64,000 nt of DNA from an uncultured Acholeplasmataceae bacterium (GCA_963544825.1 CAUUGG010000001.1:80890-144889); one strand, 5' to 3'; shown: positions 28,948-39,374, counted from the first letter of the stretch. Numbers and translations are program-made. Notes: generated by a model from the sequence alone, not told the origin.

Positions 28948-31580
28948 TTAACTTTAAACTCGCCTCTGTTGAAAAATTCATTTTCCATTATTAACTCAAA
29001 ATCATCTGAATAAAAGCAAATTATTAAACCAATCAGAATAAATAAATTCATCTTAACTTTACCGTTGATTTCAACTTTGGGTAAGAAGTTTTTATCGCAA
29101 ATAATTTCATCCAAAGTAACTTCTGGCTTATCATCTAATTTGCTTTCTAAATACTTTTTAAAACTATGTTTTTCATCATTATTGAAATTAACTTTATCTA
29201 AACAAATTAACTTATTTGAACTTATCACCATATACTGTTTTTTTAACATATTAACAAACTCAAAAACAGTAGTTCTTTTTGCAGGAGTGACTTGCGGAAG
29301 GATAAACTTATTGAGTTCTATTATGTCAATAATTTCTTTATCCTTAATAAAATCAGCAACTAGTTCGTTATATTCTGGAAAAACTGTTTCTAAATTACCA
29401 ATTAAAGGTCTTTTAAATGCAAAGTCTTTGGCAAAAAACTGTTTTGCTAAATTAAAAATGTCATAAGGGTATAGGATTTTGTGCCTGTAAATAAACTCAG
29501 GCATTTCTGCCTTGCATGCCAAATATATATACTGATCAGTGCGGTAGCCAATTTTGATTGCTTTTAAAGATTTTTCAATAATGGCTTTTAAATTTTTTAG
29601 TTCTGTGTCAGTTATTTTGAAATTCTTAAAGTAGATATAGCCGCGATTCCAAAAATAAATAAAGTTTTTAGTCTCTGAAATCTCTGTTGAAAATACGCTT
29701 TTGGCAACCCCTTTAAACTCATTTTCAAATTTTGTATAGTCAAAAAATTCGGTTTGTGAAATCAACCATGCTTTAATTTTGCTACGTAAGGTTTCGTTGC
29801 CACCAAGTGGTAGCAAATAATCGCGCTTGCCTTTAAATAACTGATTTTCATAGTGGGAAAGGGCGCCCTTAAGTTGGTATCTGTTAGTAATATTGAAGTC
29901 TTTTAGTTCGCTTTTAAAAATTTTTAAAATACCTGAATACGAAATCGGATGATTTTGATTTTGCAAGTAGACAGATATTTTTTTAGCAAAGTCTAAAGTA
30001 ATTTGAGGTGAGTCGTTGACGTGCGCGTAAGTTCCACGGTCTATTAATTGAACGTTGCTTCTTTCAATTATTGCTTGGACAGTGTGGTAATACTTATTGT
30101 CAGGTTTATTTGTTTCTTCAAACAAAATATTGCCAAATTCAGCAAGAGAGCACTCGTTGATGCGTTTAATATCGTTATAATCAGAACAGTGAAAACCATT
30201 TTTGAAATGCTTTTCAATTAAAATTTCTGTTTTTTGCTTTTTAGATAAGCTAAAATTGTATCTAATATAGGTGCCTTTTCTTAGATGAAAATTATTGGAA
30301 ACATAAGTTTTTATACTATTTTTTGTCATTTTAAAGTTCGGCAGAAGTTGTCTAATTTTTTTGATTTTTAAAAGCAGGTCTTCTTCTTTAAAATAATGTT
30401 TAAAGACCTGTTTTTCAACCTCTAGGAATTTATCTAAATGTTCTTTTGCAGAAAAAAATCCGTGGAACTGCTCAAGATATCCTGTGCTAGTTACCACGTT
30501 TAGCTTTTTGAGTAAAAAAGAAGTAGCGTCGTAGTTATATTTAAGTTTGTCTTTCAAGGATATGAAGTCAAAAAAGTAGCGGCGTTTTGTAAAGACAAAC
30601 ATAAAGTCTATTGACTTAAATGTAAAGTTTTTTAAATAAAATGCATTAAACTCACTAACCATTTTATCTATTCTTTGTCTTACTCTTTCTCTAGTTAAAT
30701 CAAATTTCTGGCCAATTTCATCTAAAGTAAGGTGGTTTCTTTGACCTAAAATTTCAAAATCTGTGTAACTGTAGCCTCGCATCGCACCAATAAATAACTC
30801 AATAAATAAGTAGTATTTATCAGTTGCTGAAAAAAATAAAATATTTGCAAGTTTATTTAGTTCAAGGCCATATTTAAAAAATAATTCTTCAATTTTAGCG
30901 TCTTTAATTTCTTGAATTAGTTCAGCAAAATTACCTTTATATGAATTGTTATTTTCAAACATTTTGAGTAAATTAAAACATTTTTCTTCGTTTTCAGGCA
31001 AAATATATTTAGCGTAATAAGGAATTGCTTCGCTTAAAATTAAGAGTTCTTGAAAAATAAAATGTGGATTGATGGTTTCATTGGTTTTGTTTAAAATAGT
31101 TTCTCTAGCAATTGTAAAGTCAAATAAGTTTTGATTGATTCCACAATTGATTTTCTCCTGATTTTTAGTAGCACCAATAATATCTGCAATTTGAATATCA
31201 GAAATTTGTTTTCTAGTTTGAGGGCTGATTTCGGTGTTTAAAAGGTCTGTATTCAGGCCAGTTAGAGATTTAATTAACTTAAAACCATTTTCAAAAGATT
31301 TTAAAAACAAGTGATCGTCTAGTGTACAGAGGTTTTCATACTTTTTAGTTTTCTCTGAAATTAACTTAGTTTCGGCGTCTATTTTAAAATCCCATTGAAG
31401 AATATACTCAAATTTCTTTGCATTCATTGGGGAATTAAAATCCACTTTAAATCTGCTATAAAGCGTAGAAACTTTTTTACCAACAAATTGTTTGCAAAAA
31501 ATATAAAAATATTGTCTAGACAACCAAACATTTTTTCTAATTTCAAATAAATTTGTCTCTTTAAACTCAAATAAATTCAC
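28929..31580 (-). CDS. Large hypothetical protein (883 aa) with a central sigma-70 region-4-like HTH
   Basis: The segment LTLDEIGQKFDLTRERVRQRIDKM matches the sigma-70 r4.2 HTH pattern. I recognised no NTPase or nuclease motif. The start was moved to the GTG at 31580 (RBS AGAGGTG), because the track's start at 31688 overlaps tRNA-Glu. Confidence 0.6.
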   Translation of the reverse strand: MNLFEFKETNLFEIRKNVWLSRQYFYIFCKQFVGKKVSTLYSRFKVDFNSPMNAKKFEYILQWDFKIDAETKLISEKTKKYENLCTLDDHLFLKSFENGFKLIKSLTGLNTDLLNTEISPQTRKQISDIQIADIIGATKNQEKINCGINQNLFDFTIARETILNKTNETINPHFIFQELLILSEAIPYYAKYILPENEEKCFNLLKMFENNNSYKGNFAELIQEIKDAKIEELFFKYGLELNKLANILFFSATDKYYLFIELFIGAMRGYSYTDFEILGQRNHLTLDEIGQKFDLTRERVRQRIDKMVSEFNAFYLKNFTFKSIDFMFVFTKRRYFFDFISLKDKLKYNYDATSFLLKKLNVVTSTGYLEQFHGFFSAKEHLDKFLEVEKQVFKHYFKEEDLLLKIKKIRQLLPNFKMTKNSIKTYVSNNFHLRKGTYIRYNFSLSKKQKTEILIEKHFKNGFHCSDYNDIKRINECSLAEFGNILFEETNKPDNKYYHTVQAIIERSNVQLIDRGTYAHVNDSPQITLDFAKKISVYLQNQNHPISYSGILKIFKSELKDFNITNRYQLKGALSHYENQLFKGKRDYLLPLGGNETLRSKIKAWLISQTEFFDYTKFENEFKGVAKSVFSTEISETKNFIYFWNRGYIYFKNFKITDTELKNLKAIIEKSLKAIKIGYRTDQYIYLACKAEMPEFIYRHKILYPYDIFNLAKQFFAKDFAFKRPLIGNLETVFPEYNELVADFIKDKEIIDIIELNKFILPQVTPAKRTTVFEFVNMLKKQYMVISSNKLICLDKVNFNNDEKHSFKKYLESKLDDKPEVTLDEIICDKNFLPKVEINGKVKMNLFILIGLIICFYSDDFELIMENEFFNRGEFKVKKHLRQ

Positions 31581-31652
31581 AAATACACCTCTGGTATTAT
31601 CTTTATTTAAAAAAAAATACTCAAGTTGCCTTGAGTAAATTATTTTTAAAAA

Positions 31653-31728
31653 TGGTGACCCGTACGGGATTTGAACCCATAAATGCATGCGTGAAAGGCA
31701 TGTGAGTTAACCGTTTCTCCAACGGGCC
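31653..31728 (-). tRNA. tRNA-Glu (anticodon UUC), CCA encoded
   Basis: The reverse complement GGCCCGTTGGAGAAACGGTTAACTCACATGCCTTTCACGCATGCATTTATGGGTTCAAATCCCGTACGGGTCACCA folds as a cloverleaf with anticodon loop CTTTCAC and a GGTTCAAATCC T-arm. Confidence 0.9.
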
Positions 31729-31790
31729 AATACTAAAATAGTATAGCCTGATTTTTAAAAAAATACAAGCAATAACTAGTTTTTTTAAAA

Positions 31791-31864
31791 TGGTGCCTAC
31801 ATAAAGAATTGAACTTTAGTTTTAGCATTACCATTGCTACGTACTACCACTGTACTATGTAGGC
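31791..31864 (-). tRNA. tRNA-Thr (anticodon GGU), CCA encoded
   Basis: The reverse complement is GCCTACATAGTACAGTGGTAGTACGTAGCAATGGTAATGCTAAAACTAAAGTTCAATTCTTTATGTAGGCACCA. The acceptor stem is GCCTACA/TGTAGGC and the anticodon stem TAGCA/TGCTA closes the loop ATGGTAA. Confidence 0.8.
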
Positions 31865-32000
31865 GTTTTTAGACCGACTTAATTATAGCGTATTTTAAAT
31901 ATTTTTAAAATTATTTTGCTAACTTGCTAGTTTTTTTTACCTAAGATTAGTCCTTTGGCCTATTTATGTATTATTGCTTTATAAGGCTAAAATAAAAAAA

Positions 32001-32738
32001 TTACTCAGGTGTTTTTTCAACTTGGTTGCTAAAAATGTTGGTGCCTTTTTCTTTGCCTTGAAACAATTTTAAAATGTTTTTACGATGTTTTAAAAGCACT
32101 AGACAAGAAAGTAGTAAAACTACTGCCAATTCAAGTGAGTAACTTAGCAAACTTTTAGACATTTGTCTGTAGATTAAGTTGGGACTAAATATTCTGAACA
32201 ACAAAAGTGCGATAAAACTAAAAAATACAGCCAGCAAAGAAGCAAGAGACACTAACTTTTTAAACAAAAAGAAAACTGTTAAAAAAGTAAGAACGTAAAT
32301 TAAGCCAACTAACGGAAAAGCGACTAGTAAAAACCCAAATAGTGAAGAGATACCTTTGCCACCTTGAAAGCCTAAATAGACAGGATAAAGATGTCCAAAG
32401 ACGGCAGACAAACCATAAAGCGGATAGATATACACTAATGTTGCTTTAGTTTTAACTTGAACTAAAGGCTGAAACATGTCTGCGTTGATAAGGTAAAGGA
32501 TTAAAACAAAGGCTATAAAAAGCGCACCTTTTAAAACATCTAAAAGAAAAACTATAAACGCTAGTTTAAAGCCAAGAACTCTGGAAACATTGGTTGCACC
32601 AATGTTTCCAGAATACATTGTTCTTATGTCTGCGTTTTTAAACTTCTTGCTAAAAATTAAGCCAAAAGGGATTGAGCCAAATAAATAAGCAAGTAAGCAA
32701 AGTAATATAACTAAAAAAACGTTTAGGTAAGCGTTCAC
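32001..32738 (-). CDS. plsY: Glycerol-3-phosphate acyltransferase PlsY
   Basis: It contains GSIPFGLIFSK and SGNIGATNVSRVLG..DVLKG, with a C-terminal extension of about 40 aa. Confidence 0.88.
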   Translation of the reverse strand: MNAYLNVFLVILLCLLAYLFGSIPFGLIFSKKFKNADIRTMYSGNIGATNVSRVLGFKLAFIVFLLDVLKGALFIAFVLILYLINADMFQPLVQVKTKATLVYIYPLYGLSAVFGHLYPVYLGFQGGKGISSLFGFLLVAFPLVGLIYVLTFLTVFFLFKKLVSLASLLAVFFSFIALLLFRIFSPNLIYRQMSKSLLSYSLELAVVLLLSCLVLLKHRKNILKLFQGKEKGTNIFSNQVEKTPE

Positions 32739-32773
32739 AAATTAAAATTAAAAAGGGTTTTTAAACAGTCTAA

Positions 32774-33322
32774 TCAGTTTAAATTAAGTTCAGAAAGGTA
32801 AGTTAAGAAACGAACATTTTTGCTAACTTTGGTCGGAATTTCACTAACTTTTAGTGAAACTACTTTAGTTTCTTTGCCAAGGTATGAAATGTTTTCTTTA
32901 AAGGTAAAAACTAATCTTGGTGTACCTTTTTGCATTTTTGGCTCAACTTTAGTGATATTTTGATTTAAAAAGGTAAAAAGAACGGTTTCTTCCTTTGCTT
33001 TGTTTAAAGTAACTAATTCTACTCTGTCTGCCTTGATTTCAAAAGCAGCGTGTTTGTATACCGAAGTTTTGGCTGCAAACGAAAAAACATCGCGTTCTTT
33101 AAAGTGGCTAAGCAGATTTTGCACTTCGTTTTGCTGAAAACGGTTGTATAAAATTAGCGTTGAAATTAAAAAGACTAAGAAAAAGAAAGTAGGAATAATT
33201 GAATATACCGATTCTTGGCGAGAAATTACGATGTAAAGTAAAACTGCCAAGGTAGAAAGTAGGGCAAGTAAACTAAATAATAAAGCAAGTAGAAAAAAGA
33301 TTTTTTTATTTCTCATCATCAA
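32774..33322 (-). CDS. Hypothetical membrane protein with 2 N-terminal TM helices
   Basis: The call rests on the hydrophobic N-terminus only. Which of the three initial Met codons is the start is uncertain. Confidence 0.45.
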   Translation of the reverse strand: MMMRNKKIFFLLALLFSLLALLSTLAVLLYIVISRQESVYSIIPTFFFLVFLISTLILYNRFQQNEVQNLLSHFKERDVFSFAAKTSVYKHAAFEIKADRVELVTLNKAKEETVLFTFLNQNITKVEPKMQKGTPRLVFTFKENISYLGKETKVVSLKVSEIPTKVSKNVRFLTYLSELNLN

Positions 33323-34823
33323 ACTCCTTATTTGATTTAATGTCTTTGCGTTTTAAGTGCGGAAACAAAATAACGTCGCGAATTGATTGGCGGTTGGTAA
33401 GCAACATAATAAAGCGGTCAAGTCCAATACCAAGGCCTCCGGTTGGCGGCATTCCGTATTCTAAGGCTTCTAAAAACTCACTATCTAGTTCACAAGCCTC
33501 GGCGTTGCCAGATGCTCGCTCTTTAAGTTGCGCCTCAAAACGTGCGCGTTGGTCAAGCGGATCGTTTAACTCAGAGTAGGCGTTGGCGTATTCTTTTCCA
33601 ACAATAAACACCTCAAAACGACGAGTAAAACGTGGATCTGGTCCTTTTTTGGCCAGTGGTGAAATTTCAACTGGGTGTCCATAGATAAAAGTAGGTTCAA
33701 TTAGTTTGTCTTCAACATACTTTTCAAAAAATGCGTTTATAATATGCCCAATTTCAAAATGAGGTTCAACTTTGATGTGGTGACTATCTGCAAGTGCTTT
33801 AGCGGTCTCAAAGTCTTTGACCTGGTAAAAGTCAACATTTGCGTATTTTTTAACAGCATCTACCATGTGCAGACGAGTAAATGGTTTTGCAAAATCCAAC
33901 TCAAACTCGCCAAACTGAACTTTAGTAGTGCCAAGGACTTTTTTGGCAACTTCGCGAAAACTAGTTTCACAAAGTTCCATCATAGTGTCTAAGTTAGCAT
34001 AAGCCTCATAGACTTCCAAAGTCGTAAACTCAGGGTTATGAGTTGAGTCCATCCCTTCGTTTCTAAACAAACGAGCGATTTCGTAGACTTTTTCCATCCC
34101 ACCCACAATTAGTTTCTTTAAAGGAATTTCTTGGGCAATTCTTAAATAAAACGGCATGTTCAGAGCATTGTGGTGAGTGACAAAAGGACGAGCTGCCGCC
34201 CCGCCAAGCGTAGGGTGCAAGACAGGTGTGTCTACCTCTATAAAGTCTTTTTTGTCAAAAAAATCGCGAAAGGCTTTAATAATTTTTGGACGCATAAAAG
34301 AGACTGCTTTAATTTCTGGATTAACTATTAAATCAAGATAACGTTTGCGTCTACCTTCTTCAACGTCTTGCAGACCATGGAATTTGTCAGGCAGTGGTTT
34401 TAAGGCTTTAGTTAAGTAAGTGTATTTAGAAACTCTTACAGAAAGTTCGCCGGTGTGGGTTTTAAAAATTACGCCATCAATTCCGACAAAGTCACCAAGA
34501 TCTGTTAACTTCCAGGCCTGAAAATCGGTTTCCTTGATGTTGTCTTTGCGGACATACAACTGAATTTTGCCAAAGCGGTCTTGAATGTGCATAAAACCGG
34601 CTTTGCCTTGTGCACGGTTTAAAACAACGCGGCCGGCAATTTTGACTTTTTTGTTTAGTTTTTCAAGATCCTCGCCAGAAAAATCTTGGTATTTTTTAAA
34701 AATTTCTTGGGTATTTGAGTTTGTTTTAAAAGCGTGGCCAAAGGGGTCAATTCCAAGTTCCTTTAACTTTATGACTTTATCTCGTCTTGCTTGTTCTTGG
34801 TCAGTTAATTGAAGTTCTTGCAT
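33306..34823 (-). CDS. lysS: Lysine--tRNA ligase (class II)
   Basis: The 505-aa translation has an OB anticodon-binding domain and the class II motifs FRNEG and GGLGIGLDR. Confidence 0.96.
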   Translation of the reverse strand: MQELQLTDQEQARRDKVIKLKELGIDPFGHAFKTNSNTQEIFKKYQDFSGEDLEKLNKKVKIAGRVVLNRAQGKAGFMHIQDRFGKIQLYVRKDNIKETDFQAWKLTDLGDFVGIDGVIFKTHTGELSVRVSKYTYLTKALKPLPDKFHGLQDVEEGRRKRYLDLIVNPEIKAVSFMRPKIIKAFRDFFDKKDFIEVDTPVLHPTLGGAAARPFVTHHNALNMPFYLRIAQEIPLKKLIVGGMEKVYEIARLFRNEGMDSTHNPEFTTLEVYEAYANLDTMMELCETSFREVAKKVLGTTKVQFGEFELDFAKPFTRLHMVDAVKKYANVDFYQVKDFETAKALADSHHIKVEPHFEIGHIINAFFEKYVEDKLIEPTFIYGHPVEISPLAKKGPDPRFTRRFEVFIVGKEYANAYSELNDPLDQRARFEAQLKERASGNAEACELDSEFLEALEYGMPPTGGLGIGLDRFIMLLTNRQSIRDVILFPHLKRKDIKSNKEFDDEK

Positions 34824-34827
34824 TTGC

Positions 34828-36897
34828 TTACTTAGCCTCGCTTTCTGTATTGGTTTTTTTAGCAGTAGTTTTTTTAGGTTTATTTACGTCTTCTTTGGCA
34901 AGTTTTGCAAAGTCAGGAGTTTCGCCTTTTTGCATGTCTACTCGCTCAAGGTGTCCGGTTTCGTGAATTTCGTGAATGTCTTCGCGAGTCAGAGTTTCCA
35001 CTTCTCTTAAATAAAAGGCAATTGCTTCAAGTAGTGGTAGATTTGCCAAAATTAAGGATTTCGCTTTTTCGTGGCATTCATTCATGAGTTTTCTAATTTC
35101 AAGGTCTATTTCGTGGGCTACTGTGTCTGAAAAATTCTTTTCACTAAAGTAGTCACGGCCTAAAAACACTTGAGACCCCGCTTTTTCGTATTGGACAAAG
35201 CCAAGTTCAGACATTCCATATTGTGTGACCATCGCACGCGCGATTTGAGTGGCTTTTTCAAAGTCGTTATGCGCTCCGTTTGTAACTGAGGCAAACTTAA
35301 TTTCTTCGGCAACTCGGCCTCCTAAAAATCCGGTAATTGACTCAGTAAGTTGTTCTTTGGTTTGAAAGAAAGACTCTTCTTTTGGCATCATTAAGTTGTA
35401 TCCACCAGCCTCGCCGCGCGGAATAATTGTGACTTTTTGAACTTCGTTTGCAGACTCTAAAAGCAGACCAATCACGGCATGTCCGGCTTCGTGGTAGGAA
35501 ACTATTTTTTTCTCGGTTTCTGAATACTTGCGAGAAACTTTGGCAGGTCCCATCATTACGCGGTCCACACCTTCGTCTAAGTCTGAAATGGTAATCTCAA
35601 CTCGGTTAGCGCGTGCTGCAAGCAAGGCAGCCTCGTTCATTAAGTTTTCAATGTCAGCCCCAGAAAAGCCAGGAATGCGGCGAGCCAGGTCTTCAAGATT
35701 AACCTCGGCTGCCAGATTTTTGTTTCTAGAGTGCACCCCAAGGATTTTAGTTCTACCTTTTAAGTCAGGCAGAGACACGGTAATCTGGCGATCAAAGCGG
35801 CCAGGTCTAAGGAGTGCTGGGTCAAGTACATCTGAGCGGTTGGTAGCCGCTAGCACGATAATTCCAGAATTTGTTGAAAATCCATCCATTTCTACCAAAA
35901 TTTGGTTCAAGGTTTGTTCACGTTCATCGTGTCCGCCACCAATACCCGAACCTCTTTGGCGTCCAACTGCGTCAATTTCGTCAATAAAAATGATGCAAGG
36001 CGCGATAGACTTTGCGGTGTCAAATAAGTTTCTAACACGTTTAGCCCCAACTCCGACAAACATTTCGACAAACTCAGAACCAGAAAGCGAAATAAAAGAA
36101 ACATTGGCCTCACCTGCGACAGCCTTAGCCATTAAAGTTTTACCGGTTCCAGGGGGCCCAACTAAAAGCACACCTTTTGGAACTCTCGCGCCAACTTTGG
36201 TGTATTTAGCCGGATCTTTTAAGAAGTCTACAATTTCTTGCAGTTCGTATTTCTCTTCGTCCAAGCCAGCAACATCTTGGAAAGTCACATTGGTTTTCGC
36301 AGTTTTAACGTCGCTGTTGACAATATCTAGGTTTTGTTGATTCATTGATTGGTATGATTTGTAAATCAAATACAAAAACAAACCGCTAATTACAAAAGGC
36401 AAGGCCGACAAAATAAATGAAAAAATATTGAAACTAGACTCAAGGACGTTGCTGTAAAGTATCTTTTTATCCGTTGAGTTGTAGTACTCAACAATGTGTC
36501 TAATTTCACTGGCCTGCGCGCGGTCAATTCGCTCGTAAACTGTGGCTCTGATTTGCTTGCCATTTTTTTGGTATCTAAAGTCAATGTGTAAGTTACCAGC
36601 AGCGGTTTCACGAATACTTAAGTGAGTTACTGAAAGCTCTGATTTAATTAGTTGTTTTTCTAAATATTTTTTAAGAGAGTCGTCAAACTTATCGTAGCCA
36701 AGTGCCACGTTTTTCGCACCCAGTTGAGTTTTAAGTTCAGCATATGCTACTTTTACTTTTAAATTATCGTAAATTCTTCTGCTAATTCTAATTACAAAAA
36801 TTACGACAATTACAGTAACAATTAAGTTAATCCAAAAACTTTTGTTAGAAAATAAATTGAATTTTTTAGGTTGTTTATTTGGTTTATTTGATTTCAT
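34828..36897 (-). CDS. ftsH: ATP-dependent zinc metalloprotease FtsH
   Basis: It has 2 N-terminal TM helices, Walker A GPPGTGKT, the SRH motif and the HEAGH zinc site. Confidence 0.97.
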   Translation of the reverse strand: MKSNKPNKQPKKFNLFSNKSFWINLIVTVIVVIFVIRISRRIYDNLKVKVAYAELKTQLGAKNVALGYDKFDDSLKKYLEKQLIKSELSVTHLSIRETAAGNLHIDFRYQKNGKQIRATVYERIDRAQASEIRHIVEYYNSTDKKILYSNVLESSFNIFSFILSALPFVISGLFLYLIYKSYQSMNQQNLDIVNSDVKTAKTNVTFQDVAGLDEEKYELQEIVDFLKDPAKYTKVGARVPKGVLLVGPPGTGKTLMAKAVAGEANVSFISLSGSEFVEMFVGVGAKRVRNLFDTAKSIAPCIIFIDEIDAVGRQRGSGIGGGHDEREQTLNQILVEMDGFSTNSGIIVLAATNRSDVLDPALLRPGRFDRQITVSLPDLKGRTKILGVHSRNKNLAAEVNLEDLARRIPGFSGADIENLMNEAALLAARANRVEITISDLDEGVDRVMMGPAKVSRKYSETEKKIVSYHEAGHAVIGLLLESANEVQKVTIIPRGEAGGYNLMMPKEESFFQTKEQLTESITGFLGGRVAEEIKFASVTNGAHNDFEKATQIARAMVTQYGMSELGFVQYEKAGSQVFLGRDYFSEKNFSDTVAHEIDLEIRKLMNECHEKAKSLILANLPLLEAIAFYLREVETLTREDIHEIHETGHLERVDMQKGETPDFAKLAKEDVNKPKKTTAKKTNTESEAK

Positions 36898-36906
36898 TTA
36901 TCAGTC

Positions 36907-37467
36907 TTATCCTTTCTGCTCACTTAAAACGCTGGGTTTCAGTAAAGCAATGTAGGGCAAATTACGGTAAAGTTCTTTGTAGTCCAGACCAAATCCAACA
37001 ATGAAAAGGTCAGGGATTTTAAAAGCAGCGAAATCAGGCTCAATTTCTACTTTTCTCTTCGTGATTTTGTTTAAAAGTACCGATGTCTTAACGGATTTTG
37101 CTCCGTTTTTAAGAAGCGTTTCTTTAATTAAGTTAAGAGTTATTCCTGAGTCCATAATATCGTCAACTATCAATACATCTCGGTCTTTGACATCTGGAAG
37201 CAGACTAGAGTTCAGAAGAACTTTGCCAGTTGACTCAGTTCCGCCAAAATAAGACTTAGTCGACATATACTGAATTTCGCAGTTAATAGATAAATTCAAA
37301 GAAAGCTCAGTTAAAAAAGGAACAGAGCCGTTTAAAATGCCAATTAAAAGCGGAGTCTTGTCAAAGTAAGCCTTGGAAACTTCCTTTGCTACTCGCTTAA
37401 TTTGTCTTTTGATACTAAAGCGAGAAATTAGGACTTTTTGGATATCTTTTTTGAGTAAATTTCGCAT
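36907..37467 (-). CDS. hpt: Hypoxanthine phosphoribosyltransferase
   Basis: It has the PRPP-binding motif VLIVDDIMDSGITL and sits in the conserved tilS-hpt-ftsH order. Confidence 0.9.
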   Translation of the reverse strand: MRNLLKKDIQKVLISRFSIKRQIKRVAKEVSKAYFDKTPLLIGILNGSVPFLTELSLNLSINCEIQYMSTKSYFGGTESTGKVLLNSSLLPDVKDRDVLIVDDIMDSGITLNLIKETLLKNGAKSVKTSVLLNKITKRKVEIEPDFAAFKIPDLFIVGFGLDYKELYRNLPYIALLKPSVLSEQKG

Positions 37468-38729
37468 AGTTCACCTATAAACTCAATTTTAAGAGTTTCG
37501 TCAACCCCAAGAGTGTCGTTTTTATATAGTTTTGGAATGTAGATAATTTGGTCGGCTGAATCTGTTAAAATCGGGTATTGCTTTCTAAAATAAAGTGGTA
37601 CTTTGGCGTCTTTAAACAACTTGGCTACAGATTTTTTGCCGAAACTGTAGTTAAGTAAGTCACCAGGCTTGTGAGTTCTGACTAAAAAAGGCAGTTTAAG
37701 CGTACCAGTACTATATTCAATTATACAGTTTATTAAACTGGTTTGTGGTTGTTTTGAATTAAAACAAAAATTATCTATATTATATTTATATAATAGTGGC
37801 GAATTTGCTTGTTTTTTTAGCGAAAAATCCTCGTAAGTTTTTTTAAAAAACCAGGTATCACTTAATTTGATTTCACCGTTTGGACGAGCGCTTGAAATTA
37901 ACTTATCAATTTGCGTAATTTTCTTTAAATTAAAAGAGACTTTGTTTTGATTTAATAGTTCTGCCAAAATATATAGTCTAATGTGCAAAGGATGTTTTAA
38001 GTATTCAGAAATTGTAAAAATTTCTTTGTTTTGAATAAAGTCAAGAGCAGTTTTTTTAAGGCTTGAGTCAAGTGACTGAAAAATTTCTGAAAGCAAAAAC
38101 ATTCTGTCTGTCAGTTTAGGGTTTTGTTTTTCTAGTTCAGGAATAACTAAGTTTCTAAATTGGTTTCTCGTGTAGTTGTTTTTAAAATTACTCTCGTCTT
38201 CAAAATAATTGAGTTTGTGATTTTTTGCGTATTCATACAGCTCTGATTTTTTAATTTCTTTAAAAGGCTTTAAAAAAATAAATCCATCGTCTTCGTGTTT
38301 AGCGTCAAAACCGCTTAGTGATTTAAACATACCTTGGCTGACAAAGTTCATCACCATAGTTTCAGCAAGGTCATTTAAGTGGTGAGCAGTCACGATTAAG
38401 TTTGTGTTGTTTTCCTTAGCAATTTCTTTTAATAAGGCTATTCTACAGTCTCTTGCGAGTTTTTGGAAATTACTATTTTTTTCAATTTTAATATCTTTAA
38501 GTACTACTTTTAAGTTGTTAACATGAGCCGTTTTCTCAACTAATTTTGCTTCTTTTTCGCTGGCTTTTCTCTTATGGTGATTGAAATTTACCACAATGCA
38601 ATTTAGTTTTATTTTAATTGCTGCGTCTAGTAAAACCATACTATCAACCCCACCAGATATTGCTAAAATAAAAGTTTTATTTGGGTAAGATGCTTGGATT
38701 TTTTTTAAACTATCAAAAATTTTTTTCAT
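37428..38729 (-). CDS. tilS: tRNA(Ile)-lysidine synthase
   Basis: It has the PP-loop ILAISGGVDSMVL and is 433 aa long. Confidence 0.9.
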   Translation of the reverse strand: MKKIFDSLKKIQASYPNKTFILAISGGVDSMVLLDAAIKIKLNCIVVNFNHHKRKASEKEAKLVEKTAHVNNLKVVLKDIKIEKNSNFQKLARDCRIALLKEIAKENNTNLIVTAHHLNDLAETMVMNFVSQGMFKSLSGFDAKHEDDGFIFLKPFKEIKKSELYEYAKNHKLNYFEDESNFKNNYTRNQFRNLVIPELEKQNPKLTDRMFLLSEIFQSLDSSLKKTALDFIQNKEIFTISEYLKHPLHIRLYILAELLNQNKVSFNLKKITQIDKLISSARPNGEIKLSDTWFFKKTYEDFSLKKQANSPLLYKYNIDNFCFNSKQPQTSLINCIIEYSTGTLKLPFLVRTHKPGDLLNYSFGKKSVAKLFKDAKVPLYFRKQYPILTDSADQIIYIPKLYKNDTLGVDETLKIEFIGELCEIYSKKISKKS

Positions 38730-38801
38730 AATTTCTTTATTTAATATATAATATTATAACACAAGCCAGATAGGTGTTTTTCACAAAAACAAGAGGTAAT
38801 T

Positions 38802-39374
38802 ATGTTAATTTTAGCCAGTCAATCACCACGTAGAATTCAAATTTTAACTGAACATAATTTTGATTTTAAAGCCATTAAACCAAGTTGGGATGAAAGCAAA
38901 ATAAGTGCTGTAAATTGGCGTAGTTACGCGACTATACAGGCTTATTTTAAAGCAAAATCTGTTCTGGAAGAAGAAAACTTATCTCAAGGCGATATAGTAT
39001 TGGCAACAGATACCACAGTAGTTTTGAAAAACGAAATTTTAGAAAAACCAGAAACCGCTGAGCGTTGCTTTGAGATGTTAAAAAAGTTAAATGGTAAAAA
39101 GCACAAAGTAGTTAGCGGAGTGGCAATAATTCACAAAACCAAAGTCTATTCGTTTCAAGTAACAACTTACGTTTATTTTAAGAAAAATAGCGAAGCAGAA
39201 ATTCAGAAATACATAGAACTCACTAAACCTTTTGATAAGGCGGGTGGATACGGTATACAGGATAAGGAAAACAATTTAATTGAAAAAATTACTGGAGACT
39301 ACTTAAATGTAGTTGGTATGCCAGCGGCTGCTTTAAATAAAATTGGGGAAATTTTAAAATGCGAAGCGATGTAG
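38802..39374 (+). CDS. maf: Maf-like nucleoside triphosphate pyrophosphatase
   Basis: It contains LILASQSPRR, DKAGGYGIQ and VVGMP. Confidence 0.9.
   Translation: MLILASQSPRRIQILTEHNFDFKAIKPSWDESKISAVNWRSYATIQAYFKAKSVLEEENLSQGDIVLATDTTVVLKNEILEKPETAERCFEMLKKLNGKKHKVVSGVAIIHKTKVYSFQVTTYVYFKKNSEAEIQKYIELTKPFDKAGGYGIQDKENNLIEKITGDYLNVVGMPAAALNKIGEILKCEAM

Noticed and set aside
31581-31688. N-terminal 36 codons of the 919-aa track ORF (MHLWVQIPYGSPF...)
   Set aside because: This part overlaps tRNA-Glu (31653-31728). An in-frame GTG at 31580 with an AGAGGTG RBS gives a non-overlapping 883-aa product.
35528-36340. 270-aa ORF on the + strand
   Set aside because: It is entirely antisense to the highly conserved ftsH AAA+ domain. 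Its Ser/Pro/Ala-rich translation is typical of the mirror frame of a GC-richer gene, and it has no RBS.
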